A DNA stretch of 63,987 nt, counting the filler, from Barthelona sp. PAP020 (lineage: Eukaryota), in the NCBI GenBank assembly GCA_040182905.1. It is 12 parts of 12 records of this genome, joined end to end, with 100 filler letters (N's around TTAATTAATTAA, not from the genome) between each part and the next. Parts side by side here need not be neighbours in the genome. Positions count along the whole stretch, not along the records: positions 60,403 to 63,987 come from JARQWU010000729.1; 11 more parts are not named here. One strand, given 5' to 3'. Below, in pieces: positions 63,049 through 63,987 of this stretch (position 1 is its first letter; each line of letters opens with the position of its first letter). Below the pieces are notes generated by a model. It saw only the letters and a program-made list of their open reading frames with translations, was not told the origin of the DNA and made no database searches. The translations under genes were made by a program, and so were the position numbers.

Positions 63049-63186
63049 AATTCGAAATAAATACAAGAAATGTGGAAGTTCATTGAGCATGAACTTCCAC
63101 ATTATTGGAGATATAAAGATGTCATCAAATATCACTCCCTTTATTTGTTGTTTCTTGACCACCTTTAGGTCCAATTTTTTAAGTTA

Positions 63187-63285
63187 CTTGGGCATCTGAA
63201 TCCACGTGAGTTTTCCCCAAACCTTAAGCTAACTCGTTTCTTTGTTCACTGAACAACTTATGCCTCATAAATATCTAATAAAAAA
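63187..63285. repeat. Dispersed repeat A, copy 3
   Basis: Near-identical to 1-99. Confidence 0.9.
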
Positions 63286-63552
63286 GAATGGTGTTTATTT
63301 GGTTAAAGTTTCGAGGACCCTATTGATCTGTTGAAAAACTTTAGATTTTCTAAAGTTTAAACTTTAAAATTTTGCTTTTGAAAAAATTCAAAAAAAAATT
63401 GGAAGGGAAAATTTCTCCGAAGTTCTCCCACTTGACCGTTCAAATTACATTTCAGTCCCTCAATTACCCCGGGTTTTGACTAAAATTTGCTAGAATGAGT
63501 TTTCTGAGTTTCTTTCGTTGTAAATAAATATTGTTGCTTCACAACTGGACCA
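63283..63552. repeat. Dispersed repeat B, copy 3
   Basis: Abuts repeat A at a shared AATAAAAAAGAAT junction; aligns with 33513-33823. Confidence 0.88.
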
Positions 63553-63833
63553 AATTGCACCCTTTTCTCTGGATGATACTGGATAAATGAGTTTTCCCTT
63601 TTTTGTTTTCTCCAAAATTGAACATGATTGATTCAAAGCCAAATACGAATGCAAAAAAAGCAATTATCTTGAAATGATGTCCACTCAAAAAATATGTCAG
63701 CTCATTTTTTTAATTGTAAAAATCATCCATGTTGAGAAGAAAAAGTAATTGAACAAAAAAAAATATGTCAAAAAAACATATTTACACACTGTAGGCCAAA
63801 ATTCACACAATTATTTAATGTTGGCTAGCGTTT

Positions 63834-63987
63834 TTAGTTGTACCATTTCTTGGCATCTTCCAAAGAAATAGGTTCATAATCGGCAGCATGACCAGCAGTT
63901 CCAAAAGCGGTCATCTTTTCCATGATAAGTTCCTTGGTGGCTTCACGAGCAGGTCCCAAATACTTACGAGGATCAAATTCACCGGGC
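63834..63987 (-). CDS. FBA: Class II fructose-1,6-bisphosphate aldolase, C-terminal fragment
   Basis: Not in the ORF track. [50 protein letters not shown]; the FDPRxYL motif and the tail resemble the Giardia-type enzyme. Confidence 0.88.
   Translation of the reverse strand, partial: PGEFDPRKYLGPAREATKELIMEKMTAFGTAGHAADYEPISLEDAKKWYN

Overview
AT-rich, gene-dense eukaryotic draft assembly. The window is not one locus: it is 12 unrelated contigs of about 5.3-5.5 kb joined by 11 artificial 100-bp linkers (N44-TTAATTAATTAA-N44), so adjacency across linkers means nothing. The organism appears to be a flagellated (CEP104, axonemal dynein), probably anaerobic protist. A Giardia-like class II FBP aldolase suggests a metamonad. 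It uses the standard genetic code and has rare, tiny, 5'-biased spliceosomal introns (34-46 nt, one of 98 nt) with a CTAAY branch point close to the 3' AG. Housekeeping genes include RPS6, RPS14, eIF6, GAR1, RPB9, SEM1, TRM8, PP1, Arf, EMC3, YIPF4, ATP9/Neo1, DRG and EBP1, plus a tRNA-Ala(AGC) and a candidate box C/D snoRNA. The most notable signals are: (1) an MLKL-like protein (helical N-terminal domain plus HRN/NFG pseudokinase) alongside an expanded, domain-shuffled and partly pseudogenised family of kinase-WD40, WD40-kinase and CaaX-WD40 genes with co-travelling repeats, a candidate protist sensor-kinase-executioner system; (2) a divergent HAP2/GCS1-like fusogen; (3) a PCIF1/CAPAM homologue with a broken catalytic motif; (4) a hairpin-dense, pseudoknot-capable non-coding region at about 17.3-17.9 kb. 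All family calls come from motifs recognised by eye; no searches were run.
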